This document shows, in pieces, positions 37,281 to 47,304 of a stretch of 64,000 bases of DNA. How positions within the stretch are numbered: position 1 is the first letter of the stretch; every line of letters starts with the position of its first letter. Location of the stretch: positions 5,195 to 69,194 of the forward strand of contig CAYNVY010000002.1 of the NCBI GenBank assembly GCA_964400745.1. Reading direction: 5' to 3'. The notes under the pieces were generated by a model, which was given only the letters and a program-made list of their open reading frames with translations, searched no databases and had not been told where the DNA came from. Source of the stretch: an uncultured Enterobacteriaceae bacterium. Its GTDB lineage: Bacteria; Pseudomonadota; Gammaproteobacteria; Burkholderiales; SG8-39. Made by a program: the position numbers and the translations under genes.

Positions 37281-37955
37281 TCACATTATAATCCGGCCGA
37301 GTTCAAACGCTTCCGCCGCGGCAACGCCGACCATGGCGCCACGCCAGCGTGCCAGATGCTCCACGGCTTCGATGGAACGCGGATGCGGAAAAGCGCGCAT
37401 CTCGTCCGCATATATCGATAGCGCCGCCAGTTTTCTCGGCAAGTAGTCCGACACATCGACAAACCAATTCGGCGCAAACGGCGCCATTGACGCGGGCGGG
37501 CGCCACTCGGTACTGGAGGCCGTTTCAAAAAACAGCAGCTGGCGCACCGAGCAACCTGGTTGAGGACGGCACGCCGCTACAACCGCATCGTGAACCCGGC
37601 GATGGTCGATGTTTACGTCATGCCCGTGGTGGGTGTAGACGATGTCCGGCCGGGACCTTTGTACCGCGCGTTCGATGTCCTGGACAGTGTCGAGAAGCGG
37701 GATCGTATCCAGTCGGTTGTCCGGATATGCCATCAACGTCACGTCGATCACCCCCAGTTCGGCGCACGCGCGTCGCGCAGCATCGTGGCGAGCAGCGAGT
37801 TCCCGCTCGCGGTCCGCGGGTTTGCGTGAGCATATCCCATCTGCCAGGAATATGACGGCCGCGCTGCCCCCCTCGGCGCAATGGCGCGCCAGTGTTGCGC
37901 CGCAGCCGAGCACTTCGTCATCGGGATGTGCGGCAACCACCAATACCCTGCTCAT
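37281..37955 (-). CDS. PIG-L/LmbE-family N-deacetylase
   Basis: AAHPDDEVLG, DVNIDH, FETASSTEW, FPHPRS. Confidence 0.92.
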   Translation of the reverse strand: MSRVLVVAAHPDDEVLGCGATLARHCAEGGSAAVIFLADGICSRKPADRERELAARHDAARRACAELGVIDVTLMAYPDNRLDTIPLLDTVQDIERAVQRSRPDIVYTHHGHDVNIDHRRVHDAVVAACRPQPGCSVRQLLFFETASSTEWRPPASMAPFAPNWFVDVSDYLPRKLAALSIYADEMRAFPHPRSIEAVEHLARWRGAMVGVAAAEAFELGRIIM

Positions 37956-38105
37956 AATGGCATGACCTCTTGCGATGAAAGATCGCTGCTATTTTCCATT
38001 CTTTTCGGAATTCGCGCAGATTCGATATGCCTACAATCTCACCTGCGTTGGACCGGAGATCATGTTGATGCTGCTTTGACAATGCGCGTATGGCACTATT
38101 GTGCG

Positions 38106-39266
38106 TCACCGGATCGTCGGCTCGTTCGAACCGCTGCGCTTCGCCCTTGGTTCGGGAATGCGCGACCTTGTAGCAGACCCAGGCGCGGACAACATCGCCG
38201 CACAAACGCGGCTCGCACCGCGCCCGTCAACCGCGGCGAGACAGCGCATCGACCACGCTTTGTCCAGGCCTTCGCACAAAATCTTTCCAATGCCTTCCGC
38301 CAATCCATGATCGTCCACTTCATTGCTATGTCCAAGCCATCGAACCAGGCCATGTCGTCCAAGTTCATCAGCGATCGGTCGCTGATTTTCGGACAGAGTT
38401 ACCACCAAGGCAGGCAGCCCCAAGCATAGACGCTCCCAACTCGTCGCCCCGCCAGCGCCCACCGCCAGATCGGCTTTTTCCATCAGTGGCGCAAGACTGG
38501 GAAGGTCGCAATGCAGATGAATGTTGTTGTGTCCATCAATCAGATTGCCGACTCCCCGAATATGCCGATTGGTCTTGCTCATGACTATGTCGACATCGAT
38601 TTCCGGGCGATTGAGCCGCAACAGCGCGGCTAACACGCGCGTGGTCAGGTTGGCCCTGTCCACACCTCCGAAAAATACCAGGATGCGCCGAATCGGGCCA
38701 CTTCGCGGCACAATGTGTCCGCGCATTTGCGCATACAAAGGCTGCAGCAATGCGTATTTTGGCCCCAATAGCAACGTACAGCCCCCGGGGATCTTACTTG
38801 CATAGCGGGTATGCATTAGCGCCACCAGGTTCTGGTCAAGCAGCAGATCGCACTCATGCGTTCGGTCGGCGAGATCGTCGATCACCATAACTTGCCCGAC
38901 CGCGTGGCACAATTTCTGCTCCCAACGGATATCGAGGGCATAGTGGTCGACTACCAGCCAATCGGGTTCAACGTTCATCGCCCGAATTGCCGCGAGGGTC
39001 TGCTCTGCGTCCTCCTGCCATGAAGCTCTCAGCCATCGGGCGTGCGCGGGCGTTTCGCCGGCTTCTACCGGCACATCAATTTCGGGCAGACGGTTGACGG
39101 CAAACCCTCTTGCCTCAATCAGGTCGCACAGATCGCCGTCATGCTCGCGACAGACAAAGCGCGCCTCCACGCCGCGCTCGCGCAATGCAGCGGCCAGCGT
39201 CAGGCAGCGCATGACGTGCCCGGTCCCAATATGGGATGCCGCGTCCGTGCGTATGACCGCCAGCAC
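38106..39266 (-). CDS. pseG: UDP-2,4-diacetamido-2,4,6-trideoxy-beta-L-altropyranose hydrolase
   Basis: RTDAASHIGTGHVMRCLTLA, VVDHY, IDDLADR, GATSWERLCLGLP, ENQ. Confidence 0.92.
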   Translation of the reverse strand: MLAVIRTDAASHIGTGHVMRCLTLAAALRERGVEARFVCREHDGDLCDLIEARGFAVNRLPEIDVPVEAGETPAHARWLRASWQEDAEQTLAAIRAMNVEPDWLVVDHYALDIRWEQKLCHAVGQVMVIDDLADRTHECDLLLDQNLVALMHTRYASKIPGGCTLLLGPKYALLQPLYAQMRGHIVPRSGPIRRILVFFGGVDRANLTTRVLAALLRLNRPEIDVDIVMSKTNRHIRGVGNLIDGHNNIHLHCDLPSLAPLMEKADLAVGAGGATSWERLCLGLPALVVTLSENQRPIADELGRHGLVRWLGHSNEVDDHGLAEGIGKILCEGLDKAWSMRCLAAVDGRGASRVCAAMLSAPGSATRSRIPEPRAKRSGSNEPTIR

Positions 39267-39269
39267 GAA

Positions 39270-40559
39270 TCAGCGGACCTTGAACAGGGGAACGAGCGGC
39301 TCGCACTGGAGCAGGTCCCGAATTTTGCCGTCTGCAAGAGCGCGGGCGATCAACGGAAATACCTCCCGGTAGCATGCGAGCAATTTCGTTACGTCCTCCT
39401 CGCTATGGGCATAGCTGAGGTTATGTGTGCCCAGCGTATATATGCCCCGGCGGAAGACCTCCTGTATGAACAGCGTCTTGATCTCCCAGTTGGAAAAGGG
39501 GGCTTTCTCGCGAAACTGGAGGAATGACCAGGTCGGGTGACCGCTCAGTCCGATCACGTCCTCGAGCCTATTGTCCTCAATTATGCGGGCAACCCCTTCC
39601 AGAATCTGCTTGCCTCGGGTTCGCAGCGTCTCGATGACCGGCTCACCGCGCAACTTGGTAAGCACGGCTTTGGCCGCGGCAAGGGACAAGGTTTCCCCGC
39701 CGAAAGTGCCGGAGAAGAAAATCTGCTCGACTACGTTCATGTATTCCGATTTGCCTACCAATGCCGACAGGGGATATCCGTTGGCCATGCCTTTCCCGAA
39801 CGTGGCAAGGTCCGGGGTGACACCGAATTCCTGCTGCGCACCGCCGATGGCGTAGCGAAAGCCGGTTATGGTCTCGTCGAACACCAATAACGCGCCGTGC
39901 CCGCGTGCGAGGTCCTGAACCTTCTGCAGGAAGTCATCCTTCGGATACGCTGAATTCATCGGCTCCAATATCACTGCCGCAAACTCGCCGGGATGCGCTT
40001 CGAGCACGCTTTGCAGGGACAGGATGTCGTTGTAAGTGAAACTGTGCGTGAGTTCCTTCACGGCCTTGGGTACGCCGAGATCGCGCGCCGTGCTGCCAAT
40101 ATACCAATCCTGCCATCCGTGGTAACCGCATACCGCGACGCGGTCCCTGCCCGTGCAGGCCCGGGCAACCCGTATCGCCCCGGAGGTCGCATCCGTGCCG
40201 TTTTTGGCGAAGCGGACCTTCTCCGCGCAAGGTATCATCTCGACCAGCAGTTCCGCCACCTCCGTCTCCAGCCGGTGCGGCAGCGAAAATGTTACGCCGC
40301 ATTCCATCTGCTTTCGTACGGCCGCGTCCACGTCCGGATCGCAATAGCCCAGGGTGACGCACGCCAGGCCGTTGACAAAATCGAGATATTCATTGCCATC
40401 CACGTCCCACATGCGGCTGCCCTTTGCACGCTCGACGAAGTAGGGCGACACCCCGAACGGCAGCGCGGTCTTGCTCTTGCTGAAAGTCTGCGAGCCGAGC
40501 GGAATCGATTTGAGGGCTCGCTCGAGAAGTGCTTCAGATTTACTGTAACGTTCGGACAT
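39270..40559 (-). CDS. Class III aminotransferase (GSA-aminomutase-like, glycan-locus type)
   Basis: PLGSQTFSKS, DVDGNEYLD, GYHGWQDW, FDETITGFR, TFGKGMANG. Confidence 0.9.
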   Translation of the reverse strand: MSERYSKSEALLERALKSIPLGSQTFSKSKTALPFGVSPYFVERAKGSRMWDVDGNEYLDFVNGLACVTLGYCDPDVDAAVRKQMECGVTFSLPHRLETEVAELLVEMIPCAEKVRFAKNGTDATSGAIRVARACTGRDRVAVCGYHGWQDWYIGSTARDLGVPKAVKELTHSFTYNDILSLQSVLEAHPGEFAAVILEPMNSAYPKDDFLQKVQDLARGHGALLVFDETITGFRYAIGGAQQEFGVTPDLATFGKGMANGYPLSALVGKSEYMNVVEQIFFSGTFGGETLSLAAAKAVLTKLRGEPVIETLRTRGKQILEGVARIIEDNRLEDVIGLSGHPTWSFLQFREKAPFSNWEIKTLFIQEVFRRGIYTLGTHNLSYAHSEEDVTKLLACYREVFPLIARALADGKIRDLLQCEPLVPLFKVR

Positions 40560-41338
40560 TATTTTTTCTCCGCAAGGAATGCAGCATCTGCAAGTAGGGA
40601 CTTCCTGGTGCCCTCGTTGCGCTGAAAGCGCGCATTGAATTGTTTCAACTCGGGTGATTCCCGCAACAATGCCAGCACATCATCTGTCGTGAAATCCGGC
40701 TTGCCCGGATACAATCGTTCGTAAACCAGACGCACGAACTCGAAATCCTCCGGCTCGTCCACTGTCCAGCGCAGGGACGAGAGGTCCTCGCTGCGAACAT
40801 GATTGCCGACACGAAACCGGTCTGGCTGCTTGCGAATGAACGGCGTAACGTGTTCGCGCTGCGATGGCAGAATTGCCTCGGTCCAGGCCGACTTCAGGCA
40901 GGCGAACCGGGTAACCTCGACATCGAGCCCGTCCGGGTAGGTGGGCGGAGCGCAATTGGACAGGTAGTCGAGGTCCGAGGCCAAAAACCTGCCCACAATC
41001 TCGTCGATCAGTGACGGATCCGCCAATGGACAGTCTCCGGTCAGCCGGACTACGACATCCGGCGCGTAGGGCAATGCCGCCTGGAAAAAGCGGTCCAGGA
41101 CATCGTTCAGGCTGCCGCGAAAGCAATCCACTCCGGCATCGCGACATAGGTCAAACAGAGCGTCGTCGGAGGGATCGATGCTGGTAGCCACGACTAGGCG
41201 TTCAAGGCTGGTGCATCTCGCCAATCGCTCAAGCTGATACTCCAGCATGGGACGCCCGAGGATCGGCATCATCACTTTTCCCGGCAGTCGCGACGATGAC
41301 GTGCGGGCCTGCAGTATGGCTAGTACCCCCATGGTCAT
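40559..41338 (-). CDS. SpsF-like cytidylyltransferase (CMP-ulosonate synthetase fold)
   Basis: ILQARTSSSRLPGKV, GSLNDVLDRF, RLTGDCP, REHVT, RWTVDEPED. Confidence 0.88.
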   Translation of the reverse strand: MTMGVLAILQARTSSSRLPGKVMMPILGRPMLEYQLERLARCTSLERLVVATSIDPSDDALFDLCRDAGVDCFRGSLNDVLDRFFQAALPYAPDVVVRLTGDCPLADPSLIDEIVGRFLASDLDYLSNCAPPTYPDGLDVEVTRFACLKSAWTEAILPSQREHVTPFIRKQPDRFRVGNHVRSEDLSSLRWTVDEPEDFEFVRLVYERLYPGKPDFTTDDVLALLRESPELKQFNARFQRNEGTRKSLLADAAFLAEKK

Positions 41339-41922
41339 TTGGCACCCTCCTGCTGCGACGCATCATTGGCAATGCCGTTTCGCCGCATCCAATCTTCGCG
41401 CCGCAGCATCGCGATGACATTGTCGACATAGCGACCCCGGTCCCAAATCAATCCTTCCAGGCGTCCCACCTCCTTGAACCGGAACATATCATGGATAGTC
41501 TTGGAAGCGTCGTTGCTGGCTGCAAATGTGCTCTTGATGATGCGCATGTTGAGCCTCAAAAAGGCCACACGAAGGAGCAACGACACCGCCTCGACAACGT
41601 GTGGCCCCTTGCGATATTCCTTGTCGCCGATGACGATGGCGAGGTCGCAATAGCGATGCACCCAGCTGATCGCACTCAGATTGCACACGCCTATGTGCTT
41701 GTCCGTCGCCACGTCGACAATGGATAGAACCATCCGGTCCCTGTCCCTCTTGCACGATTCATAGAACTCCAGTTGCCCTTCTACGCTGTTGGGCCAATAA
41801 CGTTGCGCTAGCCAACGGCTGGTTTCCTCATCGCTCAGCCACTCGTGCCAAGGCCCCTCCGCATCCGCCCTGGTGGGATGACGCAGGTACACATTGGTGC
41901 CGATCATGTACGGGTTGATCAT
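41335..41922 (-). CDS. RimJ/RimL-type GNAT N-acyltransferase (PseH-like)
   Basis: KHIGVCNL, IVIGDKEYRKG, AFLRLNMR, FKEVGRL. Overlaps the ACP gene by ATGA. Confidence 0.8.
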   Translation of the reverse strand: MINPYMIGTNVYLRHPTRADAEGPWHEWLSDEETSRWLAQRYWPNSVEGQLEFYESCKRDRDRMVLSIVDVATDKHIGVCNLSAISWVHRYCDLAIVIGDKEYRKGPHVVEAVSLLLRVAFLRLNMRIIKSTFAASNDASKTIHDMFRFKEVGRLEGLIWDRGRYVDNVIAMLRREDWMRRNGIANDASQQEGAK

Positions 41923-42155
41923 GCCTTACCTCGGCGTTTGGCTTCGATTCGGGCCATGAGCCCACGCACGTCCTTGATCGATACGATATCTTCGTCGTTG
42001 AATTCGACTCCGAGCGACTCCTCTACCGCCAGAATCAGTTTCATGTGGCGCAGGGAGTCCCATTTCGCCAGAGTAGCCGGGGTTGACTCTTCGCTCACCG
42101 ATTCAACCGGTACGCCCATGATGCTCGCAACAATCTCAAACACATTCTTGCTCAT
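41919..42155 (-). CDS. Acyl carrier protein
   Basis: 78 aa, acidic, WDSLRHM phosphopantetheine-Ser motif, GGAGAG RBS. Confidence 0.92.
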   Translation of the reverse strand: MSKNVFEIVASIMGVPVESVSEESTPATLAKWDSLRHMKLILAVEESLGVEFNDEDIVSIKDVRGLMARIEAKRRGKA

Positions 42156-42380
42156 TCAATTCTCTCCATGTATTTCACCTTCTAATCCCGCTTGCCGCGC
42201 AGGATCGGCAGCGCGAGATCGGAAGACTGCAGGGTAGGCTCACGACTAACAAACGACTCGCAGAATCGGAGGCTCGAATGCAGGTGCTGGTGACAATTGC
42301 CAAGTCCCGCAACGACCGACGAAGTACGGTGCCAGCGACAACAAGGACCCCTGACAATTTAGCACTGCCGCAGAGTAAGC

Positions 42381-43064
42381 TTAGGACTCCTCTGGCTTGT
42401 AAATTTTGAGCAAATACTTCTTGCCATCAACGAAAAAGAAAGATGGCCAATGCTCATTATTTCCGATGCGCAACATATTGAACTGCTCGCGGATTGTTTT
42501 GTCGATATTTAGCTCCCCGTCCTTTGGCGTCCGCCTCCAATAGAAACTTTCGACGCCGGACTGCCTAGTTCTCGTAAAGTTCGGAAAGCAGTCCAAAAAC
42601 TCGGATATTGCGGCAAACGTAGCCTCGACTTGGGCCGCGCGTATTTCGTCATAAAGTTCATATCCCGAGAGAGTAAAAGAGGACTTGAATAGAATGTCAC
42701 CGGAGTCGACTTGCTCACCGGCCTCCAATAAGCAGATTGGAATCTCCTTCTTCCCCTCCAGTATCTGCCACTGTACCGGCGCGAAACCCTTTCCCAGTGG
42801 CAGATCGCTCTCGTGTATTACGACGTTCAGGTGATTCCTGCTCAAGAAGCTCTTGTCAAGAATTCTTGTGTAGCCAAGTATGAAGACAATATCCTGATTG
42901 GAAACCGCGGAATAATCGTGGGAAATTGTAAAGCGGAATGTCTGGTCGCTGACAAATGCCTTTGACTGCAGTAAGTGACCCTCAATCCAGTTGTTTGCTC
43001 GATCGAGAAGGAACGTCACCAGATAGGGCGTTGCGCGCGGCGTACGGGAGAAGTTGCTTGGCAT
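42381..43064 (-). CDS. Formyltransferase-family protein
   Basis: VVIHESDLPLGKGFAP, VDSGDI, FNMLRI. Start at the ATG at 43064. Confidence 0.82.
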   Translation of the reverse strand: MPSNFSRTPRATPYLVTFLLDRANNWIEGHLLQSKAFVSDQTFRFTISHDYSAVSNQDIVFILGYTRILDKSFLSRNHLNVVIHESDLPLGKGFAPVQWQILEGKKEIPICLLEAGEQVDSGDILFKSSFTLSGYELYDEIRAAQVEATFAAISEFLDCFPNFTRTRQSGVESFYWRRTPKDGELNIDKTIREQFNMLRIGNNEHWPSFFFVDGKKYLLKIYKPEES

Positions 43065-43150
43065 GGTTTCTGATGTGGGTGTTTCGGTTTGGCGGACTGC
43101 GCACTTCAAGCGGGCCGAAATGCACGCTATAAGCTTTTCCGGGAACCCTC

Positions 43151-43909
43151 TTACTGTCCGCGAGGCGTCAATACCTCGACCGTCAATAGCCGCTTTACGC
43201 CCTCGCGCCCGGTCAACTCCATGAGACGCGAACATAGAACGGCGATCGACTGCGGCAGCCACCCTGACAGTCGTGGGTGGGGAATATCGTGAATTTTGAA
43301 AAACAGACCCGGGCACAGCCGCTTTACGTCCTCCAGGATGGCGGAAAGGGATTGTGGATTATTCCAGGCCTGGTAAATCACGATAAGGCCGGCTTCATTC
43401 AACTGGTCAGCGAAATACCGGATAAACGACGCCTGTGCCGGCGCGTCCGCGTTCCTGGTAAACGGGTAGAACTCAAAGCAGAATATCAGATCGAACCGGC
43501 CAAGGGGCCCGGCATCTGGAGATATCGCCTCCGCCTTGAATTCCGCGGCCGGATATCTGGCGCTGGCGTACGCTACCGCGTCAGCTGAAATGTCTATCCC
43601 GAGCACCTTGGCGTCCTTGAAGCATTGCGCCAGTGCAACGGTCGTAAATCCAAGCCCGCATCCCGCGTCCAGGATGTTTCCTGCCTTGTTCAGTCCGAGA
43701 TTCAGTCCAAGAGATCGAACGATCGTCTGCACCTTGCGCAGGGGCTGCACGTCATTGTGGTTGGCGATCATCGTACGTTCTGGATCGTCACCCAGGAGCA
43801 TGCGCCGGTAGGAACCGAAATCGCTCTTTGGATCGAGTGCGGTAACTTCGTTTATCGAACGAATCTTTTCTTCGTCTTCCTTAAGCTGCTTCGGATGCCA
43901 CCATTCCAT
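43151..43909 (-). CDS. Class I SAM-dependent methyltransferase
   Basis: ILDAGCGLG, GIDIS, FDLIFC. Confidence 0.82.
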   Translation of the reverse strand: MEWWHPKQLKEDEEKIRSINEVTALDPKSDFGSYRRMLLGDDPERTMIANHNDVQPLRKVQTIVRSLGLNLGLNKAGNILDAGCGLGFTTVALAQCFKDAKVLGIDISADAVAYASARYPAAEFKAEAISPDAGPLGRFDLIFCFEFYPFTRNADAPAQASFIRYFADQLNEAGLIVIYQAWNNPQSLSAILEDVKRLCPGLFFKIHDIPHPRLSGWLPQSIAVLCSRLMELTGREGVKRLLTVEVLTPRGQ

Positions 43910-43989
43910 TGCGAATCCCTGTAATTTGCGCAGTCGATGCTTTGTGCCAGAGCTGCGGCGCCCGGCCGCGATAGCCAGTCAGGTTCGAG

Positions 43990-45786
43990 TCAATCGTCTA
44001 GCGGAGAACGCACTTCGGCAAATCCCCCCCCACCCGGGGCCGGCACCTGTTTTAGATCCAGCACAAACCAATCGCCTTCCCCCGCCTTGCGAGGTGTTGG
44101 CACGAACCCCTGGCCTGCATAGAACTCCTCCACCTGGCTATTCTTGGCCGTGGGAATGTACTGACCCAGTATGCGCTGAGTTCCACGCCGGCGGGCCAAA
44201 TGCATCGCTTCGGCAAGAAACCGGCCTTCTATGCCCCGCCCCAAGGCACGGCACGAAAGCAGCAGCGTATCGACGACCGCCTCGTCGCCCTGGTAGCGAA
44301 TCACGCAAGTCCCGACGATACCCATGTCGCCGAACTTGTCAGCCACCCTCAGCCAAAGGACTTCGTGGTCCGGCGATTCTGAGAAGCTTCGAATGTCGGC
44401 GTCCGAATAGCGCCGCGACGTGAGATTGAACTGGTTGGTCTTCTGGGTCTGCTGCGCTATGCGCGGTATGCTCATCGCATCGGCGCGGCCGATGTGCAGC
44501 TTCATCTCCAGTGAGCGGCAATAGCTCTCAAGATCCGAACACTTGGCCCGCTCGCGCTGGCGCCCGCTTTCGGCCTGATACAACGCGCCGCGCTTTCGAT
44601 CCTCATCCGTAATGCGCGGGAGATCGAAAGCGCCGCAGGCCGCCAATATCCAGCGATAGTCGGACGGGCGCGCAGGGGGCAGTTGCAGCACCTGAACCTC
44701 CGGCACCATGCTCCGGGCGAGATCGGCCTCGAAGGGGCTGTCGTCCGCGAAGACAAGGCTGTCGATGCCGATATTCAATTCCGCGGCGATGTCGCGCAGA
44801 TTGCCCGCTTTGTCCCGCCAATTGATGCGCCAGGCCGCTATGTGCTCCGGCTTGAGCACCATGTCCGGGTGCCGCTCGAACACTTCCATCACGTCCGCCT
44901 CGTTGTTCTTGCTGCATATGGCCAGGATGACTCCGCGGCGATGCAAGGACAAGACCTCGCGCTGGAACTCGACAAACGCGGAACCGGGATGGCCGCTTCC
45001 GAGCTTGATCCCTTCCAGCCCGTCCTCGCCCACAATGCCGCCCCAAAGCGTATTGTCGCAATCAAGCACGAGACATTTACGCGCCCTTCCCTTCAAGGCC
45101 CGCAGGTACTTGAAATCTTCCCTGGCGATTTCTGCCAGGGCCAGGCGCGAGTAGGGCGACCGGGCGAGCTGCCAATAACGCAAATCGTAGAACTGGCGCG
45201 CCCCAATGCGGGCCAGGCATGTCTCCATGCTCACCAGATAGGCGTTATCAACAGAGGACAGGGCCAGCCGCAGCCCCTCGTTCAACCTGGCCACCACAGC
45301 CAATTGCCCGCATGCCAGTTGTGCGTCCTGAATCCCCATTGCGGGATACAGCGGCGCCTCCAGGCCGTGCCAGAGGATCATGGCATTGGACTGTTTCCGA
45401 ATGCCGCGGACTACGGTCCCGAACAAGGCGACCAGCCTGGCCACTTCCTCCTCCACCTGCGCCGGGGAAAGGGCGGAAAAGCCGGTATCCAACAAGGTGC
45501 TCAGGGCCGGAAGCGGCGCAAACACGAGTGCTGCGTCCAGATCGCGGTGCAGCAACTCCGGCGCCCCGCCCAATGCCTCCTGCACGAGGTTATCGAATCC
45601 GCCGAAGGCGACATCCGCACGAAACCCAAGCTCATAGGCCATGTACTGGAGATAGCCCTGGATCGATTCCATCGTTACGTTGCGCAGTACGGCCAGGCGC
45701 ATGCGCGGGAGATCGCCGATCTCCGGCGCGGACAGACGATCCTCAATTTCGGCCAGTGTCGGCAGCGGCGGTTCGATGTAGAGCAT
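43990..45786 (-). CDS. FkbH-like glyceryl-ACP synthase (HAD-IIIC)
   Basis: KCLVLDCDNTLWGG, SKNNE, FADDSPFE, KTNQFNLT, LLSCRALGR. Confidence 0.93.
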   Translation of the reverse strand: MLYIEPPLPTLAEIEDRLSAPEIGDLPRMRLAVLRNVTMESIQGYLQYMAYELGFRADVAFGGFDNLVQEALGGAPELLHRDLDAALVFAPLPALSTLLDTGFSALSPAQVEEEVARLVALFGTVVRGIRKQSNAMILWHGLEAPLYPAMGIQDAQLACGQLAVVARLNEGLRLALSSVDNAYLVSMETCLARIGARQFYDLRYWQLARSPYSRLALAEIAREDFKYLRALKGRARKCLVLDCDNTLWGGIVGEDGLEGIKLGSGHPGSAFVEFQREVLSLHRRGVILAICSKNNEADVMEVFERHPDMVLKPEHIAAWRINWRDKAGNLRDIAAELNIGIDSLVFADDSPFEADLARSMVPEVQVLQLPPARPSDYRWILAACGAFDLPRITDEDRKRGALYQAESGRQRERAKCSDLESYCRSLEMKLHIGRADAMSIPRIAQQTQKTNQFNLTSRRYSDADIRSFSESPDHEVLWLRVADKFGDMGIVGTCVIRYQGDEAVVDTLLLSCRALGRGIEGRFLAEAMHLARRRGTQRILGQYIPTAKNSQVEEFYAGQGFVPTPRKAGEGDWFVLDLKQVPAPGGGGFAEVRSPLDD

Positions 45787-45837
45787 ATTAGGGAATGGTC
45801 GGTCAGAAAGTTGGATAGGGGAACGCTTGTTCGAAAT

Positions 45838-47295
45838 CTACCCGGCCTGGACTGCTGCGAATCCGTTGAGCAGATTCAGCATGACCGGAAGCGAGTCCTG
45901 GTTGCGAACCGGCAGCAGGCTCGCGGTCTGGTCGGTCGCGAGCCTCGGCAAGCGCGGATTGGCAATCCGTAGGCCGGGATTGCGCCGGACCAGAGCGTGG
46001 CAGAGCACTTCGCCGGCCGCCTTGGCGGCACAATATTCGATCATATCGGATGGCAGTTCGTCTAAGGCCACCGTCGACGGACAAAACGCGCCTTCGAGCC
46101 CCACGGAACTCAAGTGTTCCACCAATTGCGCGAAGCCGCTGACATAGTAATCGCAGAAGCGGTCGAACAATTCGGCAGAGAACCGGGAGCGCGTCCCGAC
46201 AAAAATTGGGGGCGTCGCAAAATAGTACAAGTGGGTCGGCCACCACCCGTCGGGAAGCGCGCTTTCAGGGACAAGCGGCGCACGAACATCCAGTGCGACC
46301 GCGCGCGCCTTGCCGCCGTGTGAAAGAATTTCGGCAACCACTGCCTCGGCTTCGCTGCGCCCCCGGTGATAGGTGAGGCAGACGTCCGCCCCACCGGCGG
46401 CCAACACCTTCGCCGTGAGTTCCCCCAAGCCCCTTGAACCGCCCACCACCAACGCGCGCTGAGTGCAAAACGCAGTCCGCGAGACGACTCGTGTTGCCAA
46501 TTCCTGCATCGACGCCTGCCGGGTTGGCGGCGGACGCAGGAAAGCACGCACGGTCCCGGAAAGACCCGCGCCCTCCACCCCCACCGTGAGGAGGCCGAAG
46601 CGACGATCGAAGCGAAGGACGCGATAGCTCACGCGGCTCGGCGCTTCGCCCGTCCGGTGCGGTATTTGCGCCAGTTCAAGCTCGGAATACAGCGAATACA
46701 GACCGGGACATTCCATGCCGACGAGCCGGCTGGTGTTTGCAAGCAGAATCGGCAAGCCTTCGCCGCACAGGTCGACGAGCGCTGGAAAAAGCCGTGCTGC
46801 ATGGCCGGTTTCGACCGGCATCACCCATCCGCCCGACCTGCCCTCCAATTCGTCCATCCCGAGTTCGATCGGCGTAGCGGAAGCAGGCGTGCCGGCCACG
46901 GCAGGCAAAGCGCGGACGGGCGCATCGTTTCCTGGCACAAATTCGACCAGCATTGCATCCCCTCCCGGAACCGTGACCTCTAGCCGAACCTTGCCGGATG
47001 CGTCAACGCCACGATCGCGACAGATCGCTGGCTCCCCAATCAAGATTGGGCGCGTGAACTCGACATGCAGGCTTGCGACGCTGCTGGCGCCGCCGCGCTT
47101 TCCGGCCCAGCATTCCAGCGCCCAGAGAAGGGTGTGAACGCCGTGCACGACCAGTTCGCCGGCAGGACAGCGACGGGCGTGCAGCGGATCGACGTGCAGG
47201 GGATTGCGGTCGCCGGAAAAGTCGGCGAATGCCAATTGATCTTCCAGCGAGAACATACGCTCGCCTAGAATCGGCAGCATTGCTTCAGGTGCCAT
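45838..47295 (-). CDS. MaoC-type dehydratase fused to an SDR ketoreductase
   Basis: FADFSGDRNPLHVD and VVHGVH (hot-dog fold), then ALVVGGSRGLG and YCAAK. Confidence 0.88.
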   Translation of the reverse strand: MAPEAMLPILGERMFSLEDQLAFADFSGDRNPLHVDPLHARRCPAGELVVHGVHTLLWALECWAGKRGGASSVASLHVEFTRPILIGEPAICRDRGVDASGKVRLEVTVPGGDAMLVEFVPGNDAPVRALPAVAGTPASATPIELGMDELEGRSGGWVMPVETGHAARLFPALVDLCGEGLPILLANTSRLVGMECPGLYSLYSELELAQIPHRTGEAPSRVSYRVLRFDRRFGLLTVGVEGAGLSGTVRAFLRPPPTRQASMQELATRVVSRTAFCTQRALVVGGSRGLGELTAKVLAAGGADVCLTYHRGRSEAEAVVAEILSHGGKARAVALDVRAPLVPESALPDGWWPTHLYYFATPPIFVGTRSRFSAELFDRFCDYYVSGFAQLVEHLSSVGLEGAFCPSTVALDELPSDMIEYCAAKAAGEVLCHALVRRNPGLRIANPRLPRLATDQTASLLPVRNQDSLPVMLNLLNGFAAVQAG

Positions 47296-47304
47296 CTGCG
47301 CGCT

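Noticed and set aside
37918..38205. Remnant PseH domain after pseG
   Set aside because: The translation shows no GNAT-like motif, so a pseudogene call is unsupported.
39270..40559. hemL (and likewise leuA at 33966, ilvE at 53218, fmt at 42381) as housekeeping genes
   Set aside because: They are divergent paralogs embedded in the glycan operon without their pathway partners, so I withheld the symbols.
44683..45972. Long plus-strand ORFs (also 246-1082, 35186-36376, 53701-55002, 55628-56497)
   Set aside because: They are antisense shadows of well-supported minus-strand genes in GC-rich DNA and show no recognisable motifs.
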